The position numbers and the translations under genes are program-made. Below the pieces are notes generated by a model. The model was not told the origin of the DNA. It saw nothing but the letters and a program-made list of their open reading frames with translations, and did no database searches. From Gammaproteobacteria bacterium (lineage in GTDB: Bacteria; Pseudomonadota; Gammaproteobacteria; SZUA-229): DNA of 64,000 bases. The DNA lies in the NCBI GenBank assembly GCA_013041745.1, contig JABDRN010000080.1, positions 11,198-75,197 of the forward strand. The letters are read 5' to 3'. This document shows positions 61,292 through 64,000 of this stretch, piece by piece; the first letter of the stretch is position 1, and each line of letters opens with the position of its first letter.

Positions 61292-61544
61292 ATTCTGTCA
61301 TTGCGCGCTATCCATAGCAATCTTCAATTAGCAACAAAATTATCTCAGCGCTATGAACAATACCTCACTCCTCTTTAAATCACAGTGTACCGCTAATACT
61401 GAACCTGGTTAACCAACAATAGAATTATGATCTTCATCGCTCTGAGACATTAATGTCTTCTCCTGTAGATCAATATCGTACGGGATCCAGCTACCCAGGC
61501 AGATCCGTCATCCGGTTCCAGCACCTGAAATTTAATGAAAGCGA

Positions 61545-61859
61545 CTAGTCGATAGAGACGATTCCACAGGCGCCCTTCTTATAACCGACCACTTCCGGAT
61601 CCGAACAGGAAGCACACCCCGTAGAGCCGGTGACTGTATTACCGTCCTTCAGTGTTGCGCAGACTGGATCATATTCCCGGGTGCAAATCTGTGGCCTTGG
61701 CTCTTCGCACAATATCAAATCTAAAGCACCCGGCTCATTGATGTCTTCTTTCTCTTCGACGCTACTAGTCGCACATCCAGCAGTCAAGATACCAAGTGAA
61801 ACCAAAGATAGTGAGCAAAAAACTTTTAACATGTCTAAATTCCTGAAAATTTTTTTCAT
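61545..61859 (-). CDS. Kazal-type protease-inhibitor-like lipoprotein
   Basis: 104 aa with lipobox LTAGC. Six further Cys are spaced C-x7-C-x7-C-x14-C-x2-C-x12-C. CTREYDPVC parallels the CTLEYRPLC reactive-site loop of ovomucoid third domain (from memory). Confidence 0.62.
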   Translation of the reverse strand: MKKIFRNLDMLKVFCSLSLVSLGILTAGCATSSVEEKEDINEPGALDLILCEEPRPQICTREYDPVCATLKDGNTVTGSTGCASCSDPEVVGYKKGACGIVSID

Positions 61860-61896
61860 ACTTAACTACAGACCAACAACTTACACAAACTATTAT

Positions 61897-63450
61897 TTAT
61901 AGTTGCGATTCAATCGGAAGTATACCCATAAAACCAACACCAAAACGGCGCCAGAAACCGGTATAGGGATCAACATCGAATGTTACAGGATTACCGTCTT
62001 CGTATCCGTGCCATAAAAGTTCCTCATAACCATCTTCATCTATTTTCAACTCCAGGGTGAATGTATTTTTAGCAATGTCAGCATCAAATTTTTCAGCCAT
62101 ACCCTGGGCGATTTCGATTGAATCTATCACCAGGCCGATTTCGGAGTTTTCATAAAATGACCTTGGATCAAGATTGAGCGAACCTATAAACACCTGCTTA
62201 CGGTCCAGCACGAATACTTTTGCATGCAGACTGGCTTTTGATGAACCACCTACCCCTTTCTTTTCTTTACGCTGGGCCCGCGTTAATGTTTTATTCATCT
62301 CATACAATTCGACACCTGCACGCAACAGGTCTTCTCGATATTTAGCATACCCGGCATGCACTACAGCTACATCATTTGATGATAGCGAGTTGGTGAGAAT
62401 TTTGACGCGCACACCTTTGTCCGTAAGACTTTTGAAAAACTCAACACCTTCTTGCCCAGGAACAAAGTACGGTGAGATTATTATCAATTCTTTTTCGATA
62501 CCCCTAAAATAGGGTGCCAGCTGTGTCATCAGGTGAAGTTCGTTATCATCACGCGATTTGGCAAGCTTTTCAGCATGATCGACTACGACAATAGCATCAC
62601 CCCAGATGTAGGGAATATCATCATCACGTATCTGTTGCGCCAGTTCTGAATTAAGCAGAGCCGTCATGTAATTAGAAGTCTGCTGTTCTTCCATAAATTC
62701 CTGCAGGTAGTCTATCCGCTCCTGCAATTCTTCCTGCGAATGACGTTTTGAAATAATAGTCTTTGCTGGATAGGCTAATGAGCTGTTCCAGTATGCATCA
62801 AAACTTTTTGAAACATCCCGAACGACATCACCTATCGCCAGTACGTCGAGGTCTGCAAACTCAAGCGTCGGATCGGCATCGTAATATTCATTTCCAATAT
62901 TTCGACCACCCAGGATAGCCATCTGATTATCGGCGATAAATGATTTGTTATGCATGCGGCGCGTCACAGATCCCAACCCGGTAACAAATTGTGCATTCCT
63001 GCCTATATCACGGTCAAAAGGATTAAAGATTCGCAGTTCAATATTCGGATGGCTATCAAGTGCCATGACACCTTCATCGCGTCCTTCCAGGCCCATATCA
63101 TCAATCAGTAATCGTACTCGGACTCCTCTCTCAGCAGCCTGCCATAAAAACCCGGTAAAGAGTTTACCCACCTGATCATTGTGGTAAAGGTAATACTGCA
63201 CATCGAGACTGCGTTCTGCTGATTCCGCCAGTGCAGCCCTGGCCACGAATGCGTCTAGGCCACTACCCAGTAAAATAAAACCATCACCGGTCTGCCCCTG
63301 TTCCCGGTAACCTTGTACATCTTGACCTAGCGATGTGCCGTGCGTATCAGTAAACGCATGTGATTTAGTACGATTGGTGTTTTCTGGTAACGAAGCACAA
63401 CCACTAAGAAACAGTACTGAAAATATAATTATTAAGGAATTGTTAATCAT
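61897..63450 (-). CDS. Phospholipase D / cardiolipin-synthase-family lipoprotein
   Basis: 517 aa with lipobox LSGCAS. Two HKD motifs: MHNKSFIADN and LHAKVFVLDRKQVFIGSLNLDPRS. Confidence 0.88.
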   Translation of the reverse strand: MINNSLIIIFSVLFLSGCASLPENTNRTKSHAFTDTHGTSLGQDVQGYREQGQTGDGFILLGSGLDAFVARAALAESAERSLDVQYYLYHNDQVGKLFTGFLWQAAERGVRVRLLIDDMGLEGRDEGVMALDSHPNIELRIFNPFDRDIGRNAQFVTGLGSVTRRMHNKSFIADNQMAILGGRNIGNEYYDADPTLEFADLDVLAIGDVVRDVSKSFDAYWNSSLAYPAKTIISKRHSQEELQERIDYLQEFMEEQQTSNYMTALLNSELAQQIRDDDIPYIWGDAIVVVDHAEKLAKSRDDNELHLMTQLAPYFRGIEKELIIISPYFVPGQEGVEFFKSLTDKGVRVKILTNSLSSNDVAVVHAGYAKYREDLLRAGVELYEMNKTLTRAQRKEKKGVGGSSKASLHAKVFVLDRKQVFIGSLNLDPRSFYENSEIGLVIDSIEIAQGMAEKFDADIAKNTFTLELKIDEDGYEELLWHGYEDGNPVTFDVDPYTGFWRRFGVGFMGILPIESQL

Positions 63451-63474
63451 CTGAATATTGTTTATTTTAAGTGA

Positions 63475-63846
63475 TCACTTCTGTTCTGTGCGAAACCGTT
63501 TTAGCTCAGCCATCAACCAATCCTGCGTCCTTATGGTTTCTTTACCCGGGCAACTGACCATATAGTAGTCACCACTCATGGTACTTTTAGTTGCTGAGTA
63601 TTCAATGAATTCCTCAGTGCTTTGTATATCATCCCTGAAATAATCATATTTTTTTTCAATGTGACTGATGCCTTTTACAGCAGGATGGTCTGTGCCATTT
63701 CGATTAATGATACAGCCACTTTCTTTGACGAAAGCCAACAGGTGACTTACTTCGATTACCTGGTTTGCAGGAACATCAGCCACAGCGATATTATTTATCA
63801 ACAAAATTGCTAAAAACAGAGTTTTTAACTTTATTAGATCTTTCAT
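63475..63846 (-). CDS. DUF5329-like secreted protein
   Basis: 123 aa with a signal peptide. EVSHLLAFVKESGCIINRNGTDHPA.. resembles DUF5329 (from memory). Confidence 0.6.
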   Translation of the reverse strand: MKDLIKLKTLFLAILLINNIAVADVPANQVIEVSHLLAFVKESGCIINRNGTDHPAVKGISHIEKKYDYFRDDIQSTEEFIEYSATKSTMSGDYYMVSCPGKETIRTQDWLMAELKRFRTEQK

Positions 63847-64000
63847 AATCTATTACCAGTACGATCTCACAGTACACACGGAGCGCCATTCCATCAATCC
63901 ATTTAACATAGTATAACCAATAACACGACTGAAGAACTACGAAACTGTCATTGCGAGCGAAGCGTGGCGACCTGATAGAGAGTACCCACTCTGCTGAGAT

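Noticed and set aside
63941-64000. GTCATTGCGAGCGAAGCGTGGCGACC at the right edge, which resembles a short motif I have seen dispersed in bacterial intergenic DNA.
   Set aside because: It is cut by the window edge and occurs once here. I cannot verify the resemblance without a search.

Overview
This looks like a chromosomal segment of a gammaproteobacterium. It is dominated by core and envelope genes. I recognised no transposase, integrase, CRISPR array, tRNA or rRNA.

**1-18.8 kb, minus strand.** This is a complete, tightly overlapping dcw division/cell-wall cluster: mraZ-rsmH-ftsL-ftsI-murE-murF-mraY-murD-ftsW-murG-murC-murB-ddl-ftsQ-ftsA-ftsZ, then the 5' part of lpxC. It has a TTGACA-18-TATAGT promoter followed by three 10-bp-phased GTGGG (MraZ-type) boxes. 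RNase P RNA (rnpB) lies directly upstream.

**19.4-23.1 kb.** fabV, a TPR-like hypothetical, prmA and an HD hydrolase.

**23.5-28.2 kb.** This is my best candidate for an undescribed system. It holds five genes:
- a TPR plus beta-barrel outer-membrane protein
- a divergent 108-aa secreted Met/Asp/Glu-rich peptide
- a 284-aa protein with an HTH-like segment
- a translationally coupled DUF5666-like lipoprotein
- a convergent FecR-domain protein

The two promoter regions of the block share a 17-bp palindrome, GTGG-N9-CCAC, in three copies.

**28.3-41.5 kb.** uup, a 52-bp tandem repeat, metH with a long untranslated tail and a structured leader, bpt, bolA, DUF350, a lytic transglycosylase, and an apparent gshA operon coupled to a small membrane protein, a Sel1/SH3 protein and a DksA/TraR-like protein. 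These are followed by an orphan XRE regulator next to a perfect 43-bp A/T palindrome, and DUF1015.

**41.7-53.7 kb.** This stretch has a redox/oxygen theme:
- a dihaem cytochrome c plus an FccB-like sulfide dehydrogenase flavoprotein
- a hemerythrin-like protein and a cytoplasmic PDC/Cache-like protein
- a Cys-rich-loop metal permease divergent from a periplasmic unknown plus a TlpA-like thioredoxin
- an operon of DUF3365 haem-c protein, group II truncated haemoglobin and a His-tailed membrane protein
- a Crp/Fnr regulator with an FNR-type E--SR recognition helix

Two promoters carry TTGAT-N4-ATCAA-like boxes with exact class II geometry.

**53.7-64 kb.** Envelope and transport genes: an SLT lipoprotein, a DUF2955/HlyD pair, an AI-2E transporter, a DUF481 OMP, DUF1624, a K+ channel, a Kazal-like lipoprotein, a PLD-family lipoprotein and DUF5329.

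All family names come from reading the translations and from memory. No database search was run.
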